Assembly (NCBI GenBank): GCA_951406725.2
Contig: OX597820.1
Coordinates: forward strand, 77,190,001 to 77,254,000
Length of the DNA: 64,000 bases
Reading direction: 5' to 3'
Source of the DNA: Octopus vulgaris
Lineage: Eukaryota
In this document: in pieces, positions 1 to 13,432 of the stretch
How the letters are laid out: the number at the start of each line of letters is the position of its first letter
Numbering within the stretch: position 1 is the first letter of the stretch
The notes under the pieces: model-generated
The model's database searches: none
What the model was told of the DNA's origin: nothing
Seen by the model: only the letters and a program-made list of their open reading frames with translations
Position numbers and translations under genes: made by a program

Positions 1-160
1 CGTTACGATCAATAAACAACATTAAGTAGTTAAATGAAAGTTAGTAATTAAGCAAACAATTTGTGTTTAAGTGCTAATTTTATATTTGAATGTAGTCTAT
101 TATACAGATAGTGTTTCCGTAAAAAAATACTAATGTACATTAAAATTGTAAACTTAAAAA

Positions 161-318
161 GGTGCAGCTGTATGGTAAGCTGTTTTCTTACCAATCATAT
201 GGTTCCGGGTTCAGCCCCTCTGCGTGGTACAATGGGTAAGTGCCTTCTACAATAGTCTCGGGACGAGGAAAACCTTGTGAGTGGATTTGGCAGTCGGAAA
301 CTGAAAAAAGCTCGCCGT

Positions 319-320
<2 letters not shown>
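161..320 (+). mobile_element. tRNA-derived SINE family A, 5' half
   Basis: A/B-box-like head (gctgtatggtaag...ggttccgggttcagccc) followed by ccttgtgagtggatttgg...ggaaactgaaa, shared with copies at 30465, 37221 and 44901; runs into (GATA)n. Confidence 0.8.
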
Positions 321-383
<63 letters not shown>

Positions 384-437
384 CGGATGGATGAATTGAT
401 AGATAGACGGATGGATGAATTGATAGATAGCTGGATT

Positions 438-480
<43 letters not shown>

Positions 481-516
481 GGATAGATGGGTAGATAGAT
501 AGATAGATAGATAGAT
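319..516. repeat. (GATA)n microsatellite, interrupted
   Basis: Direct reading. Confidence 0.97.
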
Positions 517-1984
517 CTACGTACTTAACGTTTCAGAAGGCTGAATTGTCCCGCTGTTGCTGAAAATCTTTTACCGCTGAGTGAAGTAGAGCAAAGTAAA
601 ATGAAATATACAGCTCAAGAAATAACCACACTGCCCAGCTCCGGAACCGAAACAACGCTGTATATATCGTGAGTTTAACACCGTAACCACTCATCCACGC
701 GCATTCGCAAGCACACACACACGCACACAAACAAACAAACACACACGCATATCTAATTCCAAAATCGTTACATAGAATTATGATTTAGTTTGGTGTAATT
801 CCTATATATAAACAAGATCATTTGAACATCCTTAACTGGTGTTTAAGTTTTTATTTTATACCTATATTCATGATTTGAAAGTATTAAAATTATCACGGCT
901 GCAAGATTCTGTATTACAGATATGAAAATGTCACCTGATAAAATGTTTCCTTTTAACTTAATTGCCTAAAATTTACTCCCTTGCAAATGTCAAATGCAAC
1001 AATTTGGTTAGATTTCAGCGCAAATTAATATTTTAAACATGGCATACCTTTCTGATAATAGTGAAATTATTTCTCGATAGGAAAAATAAAAACTTAAAAA
1101 TACCTGCGCTGCGTAATTTCTTATGCTTGACGTATGGCAGACTTATAAAGATGTTCGTAATATTTACTTACATACAGTTATTTTAATATTTTTTGCATTT
1201 CAATAACATGAATTTGACAGTTAATTGGTTATTTATCTGTTTATAACGAGCTAAACTTGAGTTTACCTGCATATCTGACGGTAAGATTATCAAGGGAGTG
1301 TCTATTGAACTTACGCATAATAAATATCACTACATATCTTTGGACGAATATGCTGCATAATTTTATTTTAATGCTATGACGTGAGACGGAATATATCAAG
1401 GGATTTTGCCAAACACGCTATGTCTAGTCAGTTAAATAGTAAAGTGGTAAATACAATGTAGAATACTAGAAAATAAGTTAAAGAAGAATGGAGATTGAGA
1501 GTGGTGTATATAAAATACTGAAAATCACTGAAAAACACAATAGTCATAACGAAAAGAAATTCTACAGCTGGTGTACTGTTTTGAAAGAAAGGTTAATATT
1601 TCAAAATTTTAAGTGATAGTCTTAAATGGAATAAAATGATAAGAAATAAGTATTCATATTGATAAAATGGAAGATAAAATGGAAAATAAGAAAAGTGAAA
1701 GAAATTGGTAGTATTGAGGGCATACGAATAACATCTTAGGAATCATGAAAGGGAACGCAATATGATGGCTTACCCATGGGGTACATGAGAATGTAAAGGT
1801 ATTGAAAAAGATAATAAAGATTATGAAAGAAAGCATGAACTATGGAAACATGTGGGAATTTGCATTAGTTACACTTAAGGGCTCCACGTCACGATACACT
1901 CTAAAATTAATGCGCATTTAAATTATTCTTGACTCAAAATAAGTTATCGTAGTATAACTGCGAATATCTGGCTTTAAGAAAAGA

Positions 1985-2061
1985 GGAGAAGTCCAGTTTC
2001 GAAAATAGTAGTATAAGTACTCGAAGATAATATATGAAGGTAATAACCCCATCAGTTCTCC
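1985..2061 (-). ncRNA. Degenerate hammerhead ribozyme motif
   Basis: Minus strand GGAGAA-CTGATGG...C-GAAACTGGAC-TTCTCC: 6-bp stem I, with core substitutions A9G and U16.1A. Confidence 0.5.
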
Positions 2062-2150
2062 AGCCATGGCCTGCTTGAAAAATCCCATGTATATACAGGT
2101 GAACCTCAGATTAGCAAGACACTGACTCGACCAAAACAAACCTCTATATT

Positions 2151-2422
2151 CGAGCAGAACGTTAGCACGCCGGGCGAAATGCTTAATTTGCCGAGGTCAA
2201 CTTTGCCTTTCGTCCTTTTGGGGTCGATTAAACAATTATCAGTTACGCACTAGGGTTGATATACTCGAGTTAATCCGTTTGTCTGTCCTTGTTTGTCCCC
2301 TCTCTCTGTAGCCCCTTGCGGGCAGTAAAGAAAGAGGTATTTCCTCTGTCTTTGTGTTCTGAGTTCAAATTCTGCCGATGCTGGTTTTGCCTTTAATCCT
2401 TTCGGGGTCGATGAATTAAGTA
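2151..2422 (+). mobile_element. tRNA-derived SINE family B, partly dimeric
   Basis: gcagaacgttagcacgccgggcgaaatgctt...gaggtcaactttgcctttc...ggggtcgat, matching copies at 17344, 52075, 59093 and 63340. Confidence 0.85.
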
Positions 2423-2424
2423 TC

Positions 2425-2425
<1 letters not shown>

Positions 2426-2491
<66 letters not shown>
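2426..2491. repeat. (TA)n microsatellite
   Basis: Direct reading. Confidence 0.97.
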
Positions 2492-2494
<3 letters not shown>

Positions 2495-2521
2495 GCAATA
2501 TAATATGTGACAATTATTCAG

Positions 2522-2595
2522 TTGCCATAATAAAGCTCCGAGTTTCGGATGTCGGGGCAGAACCTGCTCCGACATCTCTTCAGTTATCGAGGCAA
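2522..2595 (-). ncRNA. Type I hammerhead ribozyme motif, family H1 (U16.1C)
   Basis: Minus strand GATAA-CTGAAGA-GATGTCGGAGCAG gtt CTGCCCCGACATC-C-GAAA-CTCGGAG-C-T-TTATT; stem II pairs at 12 of 13 positions; stem I extended by TTGCC/GGCAA. Confidence 0.75.
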
Positions 2596-2609
2596 TCAAA
2601 ATATAACTC

Positions 2610-2686
2610 GATAACTGAAGAGATGCCGGTGCCGTTTCCCCCCACCACACTGACGACATCCAAAACACGGATTTTATTATCGCAAC
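2610..2686 (+). ncRNA. Degenerate hammerhead motif, family H1, inverted partner of 2522-2595
   Basis: gataaCTGAAGAgatgccgg...gacatccaaaacacggattttattat; G12 is mutated to A. Confidence 0.6.
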
Positions 2687-2714
2687 CTAATAATTTTTAC
2701 ATATTATATGACAG

Positions 2715-2965
2715 ATAAATTCCTCTATTTACATAATATCGAGGTCTCTTTCATTCTTTTGTTGCCTTGCCCATAATACCCAAGCTTATGCAGATATGTA
2801 ACACACGCTCTTGGACTAACTTCTAGCCGTTTTGCAATGTCAGCCTTCGAAAGGGATTCGTTTTCCACAATTCTCTTGAAACAGCGAAGCTTCCTTACCG
2901 AGGGCTCAGGTCGGTTGGGACGAGAATCTGTTGATTCTTTTCCTTGGCTTTTGAATTGCACTATA
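2715..2965 (-). mobile_element. Tc1-like transposase N-terminal (HTH) fragment
   Basis: ORF 2725-2961 SRPNRPEPSVRKLRCFKRIVE...KADIAKRLEVSPRACVTYLHKLGYYG resembles the Tc1 GRP linker and second HTH. Confidence 0.6.
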
Positions 2966-3018
2966 ATTCTATTCCTTTCCTTGATTGCTTCTAGGTATTA
3001 TTATCATTATTATTATCA

Positions 3019-3456
<438 letters not shown>

Positions 3457-4228
3457 CTGTTTTTGTTGATGCTGTTAGTGTCTGGAGGATAGGATGGGTG
3501 AACCATTACAGAGTCAAATAAATTTATCGAAGTTGTTTGCATTCTGATTCCAAATCATCCTGCAGTCATCTTTGCTTTTCATTTCTCCACAGTCAATATC
3601 GCTATTTACTAGTCAATAATACCGTTCGGCACTATCATCCATGCTCTCCCATCAAAACCGCCGGTTTTCTGCTTGGTTTAATGCACAGATTCGCACATAA
3701 TTTATAACGTATTCACAATCGTACATGTGTGATTGATAGTTGCAATATTTTGTGTCAGAGCATGTGATTGAAATTTCCATCAATTCGAATATCTCTAAAT
3801 TAGTTAGAATAATTTCTATGGATTGCCAAAACTGTAAACCTGAATTTCAGAATTCCAATATTTATATAGGAAAACTTGTGAAGATACAATAATCGATAAG
3901 ATAGTAAATCAAATTTTGAACGACGAGTAGGAAAGGAAAATATATCTAGGTGCATGTTGTGAATGTAGGTAAAATTCTTAAAATGTAGTTGGTTTGAAGT
4001 TTATAACGATTTCAGACACTTAAGCACACTTTTGATTTTCGGACACATGGCATGTAACATGATTATAAACATATAACTTTAAGATATCACCAAATGGACG
4101 GTCCGTAAATGCTAAAATGTCATGTAAGCTCATGTACACAATGGTGTTTAGCGTCTACACTAAATTATAACATTGGTCGAGATACTTCTAAACCAATTCC
4201 AGAAACGGGTGATTTGATTATATTATAA

Positions 4229-4380
4229 CGGCCTAGTGGTTAGTGTGTTACACTCACGGTCGAAAGATCGTGGGTTCGATTCCCGTATCGTGCCGCAAAA
4301 CAATTCATTTCACGTTGCTTTACTATACTCAACATCAAATCGGAAGCCCTTTGATAGGCTGAATTTCGTATTTCGGAGAA
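4229..4380 (+). mobile_element. tRNA-derived SINE family D, degenerate
   Basis: ggcctagtggttag (A box), gggttcgattccc (B box), then catttcacgttgc shared with 40900 and similar to 46993. Confidence 0.65.
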
Positions 4381-4442
4381 TGTTGATAGCATCATTCCAA
4401 ATTTATAACTATATAAAGCGCATTGAGGCCAGCAATGCATTC

Positions 4443-4531
4443 ATTTCTAATCTAGGTACAAGGCCCGAATTTTGGGGGGAGGTGTCCAGTCGATTATATC
4501 GACCCCAGTACGAAACTGGTACTTTATTTAT
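4443..4531 (-). mobile_element. SINE family B 3' fragment
   Basis: cgattatatcgaccccagtacgaaactggtac is the reverse of the family B core. Confidence 0.65.
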
Positions 4532-5085
4532 CAGATCGCTATAGTGGCTAGCGATCTGTTATGGCGAATACCGGACAGTGTGGTCACACAGGAGAACTAG
4601 GAAGAAGGGGAGATAAAATAGTATAGGTAATCCCAAGATGAAGGTGCATGTGCGTTTGTATGTGAGAGTGTGTAGGTGCGAGTACATGTGGAAGTGGGCT
4701 GGTGAAATTGAGGTGTGCCTATGTGCATGTCTAGGTGTGTGGATGATAGTGTAGGTGCTGGGAATAGGTCAGTGCTAGTGTGTGTGTGTACTGGTGTGGG
4801 TGCTGGGAAGTGGTCAGTGGTAGAGGGTGCAGAGTGTGTGTGATGCGGTGTGGTGTGGTGGTGGTGTTGGGGTGGGGGGAGACGAGAGTGGGGAAACACG
4901 GGTGGGGTCTAAGTGATGGTTTGGGCTTCAATGGGATGTATACGGATGGTGGGGTTGGACTGTAGTGGTGGGGTAACGAGGGATGAGGGTTGATGAAGGG
5001 AGAGGGTGGACGGGAGGTGGGTAGGAGTGAAGAGAGGAAAAAGGTGCCAGAGCAATATATATATATATATATATATTTATAGTTA

Positions 5086-6294
5086 CACAGGATGCGAGGT
5101 GAATTTGAGGATATCTCGTTTTTAGTTCATTACACCTTCTAATTATTTAATGTCTTATTTTCGTTTTAGATAGCCCTTTGAGGATATCATGCTAATTGAA
5201 GCAATGAAAATACATGCACTCATAGTTGCTATAAATGCAAACCACGGTGATTTAGAAATTACCAACTTTCTAAATGTTGCAATATCATTAGTACACAAAG
5301 TTTGGTTGGAATTGAAAGTATGTGATGGAAATTTTTCACCTGTATCAAAGAGGAAAAAGAAAATTCACAATGCTCAGACACTAGAAGAATACTGGAATGT
5401 ATGCAACGTGTTCAAAACATTATCCATAAAAACCCTGGAAGATCAACGTGGTTAATTTCTAAAGAACTTCGGGTGTCAGAGTGGATTATTAGAATTATTG
5501 TGCATCGTGACATTCGATATAAGTCCTATTAATAAAGAAAGGCCAAATCGTGTCAGCAAAGACACAGGAAAACCGTCTCATCCGTTCAAAACGGTTACAC
5601 AACAAAGTAAAAAAACCTCATGAACAAGCATGAGAGGTGGTTAAGTGCAGATACTTCTGAAGTACCCAGGATGATGCACATGAAATTCCCAGCAGCTGTG
5701 ATAGTTTTAGGAATGGTGAGTAGTGAAGGTCATGTGAATCCTCCTCACTTTTTTTCACAGAGTCTAAGAATTAATGCTGCTGGATACATTGAAGTACTGG
5801 AAACTGTTATGTATCCTTGGATTAAGGAAGTATGCAATGGAAGGCCATACGTGTTTCAACACGATACAGCACCTTCTCACAAAGACCTAGTCACCCAAGA
5901 ATGGTTGTCAGACAATCTTTACAATTATGTAACACTCAATACGTGGCCTCCAAACTCGCCTGATTTGAACCCCATGGACTTCTACTTGTGGAGCGCTGTT
6001 GAAAACGAGACTAATCGTCATCCTCATAATAACCATAGCTTCATTGAATGCCGCCATTGTCCAGCACATATCCGAAATGAATAAGAACCATATAGTGTCA
6101 GCATGCTAGTGGTTTTGGCCCGGCATTGAAGCAGTCACCGAAGCCAAAGGCAATTTCATAGAATAATTTGCTTTAAAAAATTATTATTAAGACTGATTAC
6201 ACAAATGTTTATTCAAATACAAATATATATTTATGCTGAACTATAGATATTTCATTGTATACCAAAACTATTCTCAAATACCCCTCGCACCGTA
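5086..6294 (+). mobile_element. maT (DD37D) Tc1/mariner element, non-autonomous, with imperfect TIRs
   Basis: Ends caggatgcgaggtgaatttgaggata and tattctcaaatacccctcgcaccgta are inverted repeats; ORF 5620-6084 has FQHD-x37-D (WPPNSPDLNPMD); frameshifts present and the first catalytic Asp region appears deleted. Confidence 0.9.
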
Positions 6295-6306
6295 TATATA
6301 TATATA

Positions 6307-7143
6307 TTGGTCGGCATCCTTTTTGTCTATATATATATATATATTGGTCGGCATCCTTTTTGTCTCGGGAGACAATGGAGTTGCGCATAAAATAGTCTAG
6401 TCCGGCTTTTACATTTCATGTCCTAATACATCTCCTGCTATGGCTGTGTAGTCCTATCCTGGACAAACACTCCCTCTGGCAGGTGCTGCAAATGTAACGA
6501 AAACATTTCCTGGCTAGTTGTAATGTCATAGTTTCTTGTTGACGTCTTTTCTTGTCTTTCCATTTCTCCTCTCTCTCTCTCTGTCACTCCTTTGTATTCC
6601 CTCTTTTACGGTACGTCGCCAATTTCCACGGTTGCTGGCAACTGCTTCCTAATTGCTAATATTGATGTTGCAGACCTTCATGTCCCTTTTGCAAACATCC
6701 TTGTAATGTATGAACGGTCTTCCCACAGACCTAGTACCCCTAGCAAACTCTCCGTAGAGTATGCCCTTGGGGATTCTGCCATCTTTCAAACGGCTAACAT
6801 GCCCAAGCCATCTCATATGTCTTTGTGTGAGGAGTGCAAACATGCTTGGTATTCTTGCTTGCTTGAGGACATCTTTGTTGGGGATATGATTCTGCCATTT
6901 GATGCGAAGGATTTTCCGGAGGCAGCGCAGGTGAAAGATGTTTAGGTGACGCTCTTGGCGTGTGTATGGCGTCCAAGTCTCACTTCCATTCAGTAGAGTG
7001 CTAAGTACACATGCCTGGTAGATCTTCATTTTCGTGGTGTTGGTCAGCTTATTGTTGTCCCATACCCGTTTGGAGAGTTGGGCCATCGCAGCAGCTGCCT
7101 TACCAATGCGTATATTGAGCTCAGCGTCAAGGGATAGGTTGTA
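6307..7143 (-). mobile_element. RTE-clade LINE 3' fragment
   Basis: ORF 6649-7239 contains ELNIRIGKAAAA...YQACVLSTLLNGSETW...LRCLRKILRIKWQ...RWLGHVSR...RIPKGILYGE; downstream CSTCQRECLSRIGLHSH motif; 5' truncated at microsatellite. Confidence 0.92.
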
Positions 7144-9849
7144 GGTGTATATAGAATATATATTGATAGATAGATAGATAGATAGATAGATACATACATA
7201 CATACATACATACACACATACGTTCGTACATACATACATAGAGAGAGAGAGTTAGGGAGAGCGAGAGAGAGAGAGATACACACACATCATGTGTGTATGT
7301 TTATGTGTGTGTGTGCGTGTGTTTATATGCGTGTATATATTTTACTTTCAAGGGATGACAAGTTCAAAGAAGCTATAATCTTCGAATTAGACTAAAGACC
7401 TCAAAGATAAATCAACGAGTGAGAAAATATTTACTGCATGATTATAGGTTTAACCAGAATGGTTTAAATGTTTTTGCATATATGATGAATCAACAAGTAG
7501 TTTAACCATCATGGTTTAAATATGTTTGTATATATGTATTTGCATGTATGCGTTTATGGAGAGTGTCTGAATCTCTATTCTTTCCTCTTACACAATAACC
7601 TTATACAGTCTTAATCTTTTAGAAATCCTCTCACATAAACTCGTCAGCTATTTCTTTCGAATTCCTATTATTTTATAACTTGATATGTTTATGATGATAC
7701 TATTTTTGTATTTTTAAACCAAAGATCATAAACAGTTTTAAATAATAAATTTTACCATATCTTATCGATAATTATACGTGTTGTTTAAATATGAAAATAT
7801 CACTCATTGATAAAAGTATAATCTTACATCTTAATTCTCTCAAATTTCTTTCAAACGCAAATGTCAAATATAACAGGTGTAAATAGATTTCCAAACAACA
7901 TTCATTCGCAGTTCAGCCTTGTTTCCAAGTTATAAGCGTTTAAAAAAAATTCAAGTGACAATACAGAATAACAGCTGATATAAATCTATTGTTTGTTGAT
8001 TTCGCTAATCACGATTTACATTGTAAAGAATGAGAGGGTCAGAATGTAAGAGGGTTACGGTGAGAGCATACGAGATGAAGTATCAGTGCGCAAACTAATT
8101 TTGGTGGCTGTAGTAAATAAAAGAATTCAACAAACACAGTTAAAATGAAAGAATTCTCGAGACAGCAGTGACGGTGGGAGGTGGAGATAATGAAGAGATG
8201 GAAAGCTGGTAAATGCCAGCATAGTTGTGTACAAGTAACTTTGCGGTGCAGCAGAGGACACTGATAGTTAAATACTCTGCAGTGTAGACCCGTTCTTAGA
8301 AAACTTCTAGGCTTTTAGATATATAGAATTGAGAAATTCGTTTTATTTAATATTTTAAGCTAATAAATACTTTTCGTTTGAAAATTGAAATTCATTTCAC
8401 AGATAGTAAGAATTTTTCTAAAATGCTGAATTATCATTTTTTTAATGTATGCCATATTTCCTCATACTAACCATGTTGGCAAAAATATTCGTTCAATGTT
8501 ACATGTCATATAACGGGTTACACTGTAGAGTTCTTATAATTTATGTACTATTAAAACCATTTCTAAGATCCTCATCAATGATCTCTTTGTAACACAAACT
8601 TATACGCACATACACACACATACACATACGCGTGCATGTACATATATACATATGAGTTTACGTGTGTATAAAAATGAGCGAGTATTTGAGTCACATATTT
8701 GAACTCGAACTCCCGTAAGACGACTTCTCGATCGAGATGCATATAATTAAAATAATGTTTTTGAGCAGCTTATTTTGACCTGTAATTCTCTGCTCAGGAA
8801 CAGTTTTCTAAACTGTTATACCAAGAAGCGGTTTGAAATGTAGATCATGGTTCTTTTCTAATACTCTATATCTTGTTTTAGACCTCGATCAGCTGTGCAA
8901 GTTTTATTATATTTAAAACAACTTTTATTTTATTTTGTAAATCATAGCTGTTGTGGATTTTATCAAACATAGATCACTAAATAAATCTGCGTAAGGATCA
9001 AACAGGTTCCATCACGTCTGTGATTGAATATGCCTTTTGTACGTTGTATCAGCATTTACAATTTTACATGTATGTTTAATATGTTGAAGTCATATTCGCT
9101 TTGTTTCAAAGTGTTCGGCAGAAAGCGATGGGCCTATCCTCCTGCGAGGTTTGTCATACTTGGTTCTTCCTATTGCATGAACTTTATATTTCTGGTGGGG
9201 GGAGGAGCAATTTTAGACTTTTTGCCGAATTCTTGACGTTTTGCGAGAAAATATTTTTCATATAGATACGATGGCGCACCTGCTCTACTATGCTATCTAC
9301 ACAAACAGAGACAGCAATTAAGAATATTTCTAGTCTTTTAATATACCCTAAAATCATTTCCGTGTTTGGGGACCTAAGGTCATTTTTTATTTCTACAATT
9401 CTTCATAAGCAATATCCATGAGATTTTTGTTTATAATCTTCACAGGCGTCAACGCCATATGAGAGACCTGTGATGGCAAATCTTGATATACAATGAACTT
9501 AAATGGAAACTTGATTTCTCCATTCTCGACATTATCGTCTTGGGTTGTCCATGTTCATATTTTCAAATCCTGTAGTTGTCAAATCATTCCTACGTTTCAA
9601 GTGTACACGGCGATAAAATATTTTATTCAGTATATATTTTACTAGAACCTAGTTTATTAATAATAAGTGCCATTTTTAAAAATGTCACAAACCAAAAGAG
9701 ATGGGCGTAATCCATAAGGCACTGCATCGCAAACTTCGTGTGATTTATAAGATGATCAGCTTAGTGTAGGTCATGGAAGACAACTGTCAAAAATGTACTA
9801 CTTTCATTGATTCACTGCAGAATAAAAGTTTATGGGTGACTAATAATGA

Positions 9850-10270
9850 ATGTAGATTACCTACAGATTCGTTTCCACAGGAATTAGAATATATCCCGAG
9901 AAGTTATTGTCCAAGAATGCAGAGACGTTTCTTTCATTTACAAATGATATCGTGTCTAAGATCTTTATTGGACTTCTTTTAAAAATGGCATGGGTAAAAA
10001 GTCTTTGGCAGCCTACTCAGAACATTTCACGATTAAGTGTCGAAGATATTTTGTGAGTCAACGAACATTAGTACAGATCGCGGAGTTAAGTGTTGTTTTT
10101 CTTTTTTCGATAATTGATTTGCAGAAAATATCATATTAATACTGGAACTGAGAAGGAACGCAAACAGCGTATTCGGAAAGAGTAACTGATGTGAAAAGTA
10201 TTTCTAAATGAATTTGATGAATCCTATGCAGAAAAGTAAAAACAATTCTTCGATATTAATCTCGAAGATC
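9850..10270 (+). mobile_element. Possible piggyBac-like transposase relic
   Basis: PTDSFPQELEYI, then in a shifted frame SKNAETFL...KIFIGLLLKMAWVK, resembling the piggyBac FPxELLExIVxxTNxYA...AFIGLLLLMGLVK region; recognised by eye only. Confidence 0.35.
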
Positions 10271-10824
10271 ATAAAACTTCCCTTCAGAAGAAGCAACATC
10301 TGAACTTCTCCGCAAAATCGGGAGTCTGTTGCAACCCAGATTGTAACAATTAACCAATTAAGAAATTTCCATACTCTAGAAGCCAATCAACCAATTTCCT
10401 TATTGGTAAGGAGCTGTCATGGGTAAAGACACTGACAAGTCAGTTTAAATTATTTTACCTGATGTACTAAACAAGATCTCTGTTATAAGTTGGAACATCT
10501 TACTCTATTACAAAACCGACGCTTGATTCTCACGTCTGACTTCCAGATTTTATAATCGAAAAGAATTTATGCAGTTTTCCTTACAACTTCATTCAGCAAC
10601 AAGACTATTTTCCGATAACGGGTTGTTATCGATCTGATGCGACATGATAGTCCAACCACTTATATTGATGTAAAATTTACGAGAATGTTATTTCTTGTAA
10701 TTTGCTTTGATTCAGTATTATTTCAGCTGTCGTTGTTTGGATTCTTGGTATTATTCTATTGTTTAATTAGACACCAGCCAGCTGCGCTTAGTTTAACGGG
10801 CTGTTTGATAAACAAGGATGTTTA

Positions 10825-10945
10825 GAACTTTTTAAGTTTGTTCTAGCACTTATGTACTGGGGTCGATTCTTTGACTAACATTCTTCAAAATGGTGATCTA
10901 GCATGGCCGCAGCCAAATGACTGAACCGCTTTAAAGTTAAAAAAA
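10825..10945 (+). mobile_element. SINE family A 3' fragment
   Basis: gtactggggtcgattctttgactaa...gcatggccgcagccaaatgactgaa. Confidence 0.7.
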
Positions 10946-11386
10946 GAAAAGAAAAGATGAAATGTGGCTCAATTGTTATCGGTAGGGCTTGGATGTTCTG
11001 GCAGCTTCCTCCCATTAAACAGTAATTCCGTTGAAGAGGTTTCTATTTTTTATTGATATTCCGTCTATAAAAGTCATGGTAATCATTTCCCTTGCATACC
11101 AGAAGTCTTATGGCTGACATCACGCATACACAAACGCACACAACACAGTGAAACATACTTTCTAGTGTATAAACAATTTTCGTAGGCATATATAGCTGAG
11201 GAAATTCTCTAAAACTTCGTTTATTTATTCACACTTATTTCGCTATTTAAGGAAACTAAGAGAAAATATTATATTCTTCTGAAATTAAGATTCCATCGGC
11301 ATTCTAATAGTAGGGATATTATATTTTGATAGTCTATGCATTGTAGATTCATCCTCATAAAGATTTCCAACGGATGCACTCGGCCA

Positions 11387-11419
11387 TACACACACACGCA
11401 CACACACAGACACACACAC

Positions 11420-11517
<98 letters not shown>
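11387..11517. repeat. (CA)n-(GATA)n microsatellite
   Basis: Direct reading. Confidence 0.97.
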
Positions 11518-11518
<1 letters not shown>

Positions 11519-12927
11519 GTCGTATATACATATACATAGTAAAATATAGTCCTTGGTACAGTATTACATATTTGAAAAAACGACGAGAAATGGCCTTTCT
11601 GATTTAACAACTTTAATAATTAGAACTGGTGTTGTAAAATATTTATGGAAAAATAAATAATGACAAACCGCATGTGGCCAAAGTTTGACTTACGACAGTT
11701 TAACATAATAGCAACGATATATATATATATATATATACATATACATGTGCGTGTGTGTGTAGTGTATATATATTAGGTCACTTGGAATAAATTCAAAGGC
11801 CATAGAAACTTTTGCTTCGTATCGAGCTTGCTGGCGAACGAAAGTGTCGGGTGGAGTGAAAGCATTTTAAGAGGCCAGAATGACACATGCAAGACTCAAG
11901 AAAGATTTAAAGAAGGTGAATCGCAGTGACCTCTATGTGTGCACAGTTTATGTCAGACTGTGTCTTTTTTTTTCCTGGGCTGAAATCTCATTTGCAGACA
12001 CATAAAGAATGAACCTCTATCAACTATTCTGCCTATATATATGTGTACACCATTCAATGCCGTGTATGCTAGAAGCTCTGCAATCTAACGGAGGCCTCAA
12101 AAGACATTTTAAAATAAACAAAGATCAGAACTGCAGCTCTTGGTGGTACAAATCAGATATTCAATCTATGCACGTCTCCTTTGAATATATTGTCTGATTT
12201 AAAAAGCTACACGAGCTGCCATGATGGATCTAAGATGTAAGTACAAGAGGTGGTCAGACTCTGCATAAGAAGTAGACAACCACCAACATATATGTATATA
12301 TACATATATACGTGTGTGCGTTCGTATGTATTTATGCATGTATCCCGACGTCCCTTCTTCGGAGATACAGAGGGACACGGCTAAGTGACTTAGATACACA
12401 CAAAGTTCAAAGTTATGTCTCAATGTCGAAGTATTTAATTTTGGAAATAGTGAGTAAAGTGGCTATTTTATTGAAAATACTATTTTGCATCAAACACAGT
12501 GCGTCTGTCATTTGCGTCTGTGTTTATCTATAAGTACGATGTCTCTATGCAAATATACGTGTTTAATGATGTGTGTGTAAGCTAACCTATGAACACACAC
12601 AAACGCACACACACAAGTACATATATATACTCATTTAACTAGCTCTATCATTAAACAACGGTCATGTTACGTCAAACGCTAAAAAGGTTTTATTATTTTA
12701 TTGATCATAAGACCTAAGTATGTCAATCAGTCTGATATATATTTATTGATCAAAAATTTGTCTGTGTGTATCTCTAAACTGATACGTAGTATTACGCGCG
12801 TCCGCGCATACACTCAGACAGGCGCACACATTTACACACGCATACATATACACACGCACGTACACGAACACATGCACAGACACATTCACGTACAGATAGA
12901 TAGACAGGTAGATAGGTAGACAGACAG

Positions 12928-13432
12928 ATTTCTTTATTTAACCACACAGAGCTTAACACAGAGGGGACAATACAATGTAGAATTTTCCTTTTCGAAATCA
13001 ACCAATGAGGATTGAAAAACGACGCTTTTGGGGGCACGTACACATATAGACAAAAACGTGACGTTTTTTCTTTTTTTTTTTTAAGAATTTGAATTCCCAA
13101 ATGGAGAGAAAATATAACACAGACTAGAGTTATCTGTGGAAAGAAAAACCAACCAAAAACAACAACGGTAACCTCGATAAAGAAATAATTTATGAGAGCA
13201 AAGTGTCCTCTTTCTCTTTGTATTTTTTACAGGTTAATGGTCCAAGTGTTTCCGTCATTCATGCGTACCATGTTCGCTACATTTACCCACCGTTTATTAA
13301 ATCTTTCATTATACAAAACGTATCTCTCTACACTCACCTTCCTTTTCAAGTGATACACGAAAAAGTTGATCAGAGTTTGGCCAGAGAGGAAAGTGTTTGT
13401 CTCTAAACATTTCAAACGAGTCGACCACGCAG
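12928..13432 (-). mobile_element. L1/Tx1-like LINE 3' end, copy 1
   Basis: WSTRLKCLETNTFLSGQTLINFFVYHLKRKVSVERYVLYNERFNKRWVNVANMVRMND...* and a 3' UTR homologous to 32711-33100. Confidence 0.7.

Noticed and set aside
7575-7655. Minus-strand CTGACGAG hammerhead core
   Set aside because: No GAAA/UH with compatible stems I and II
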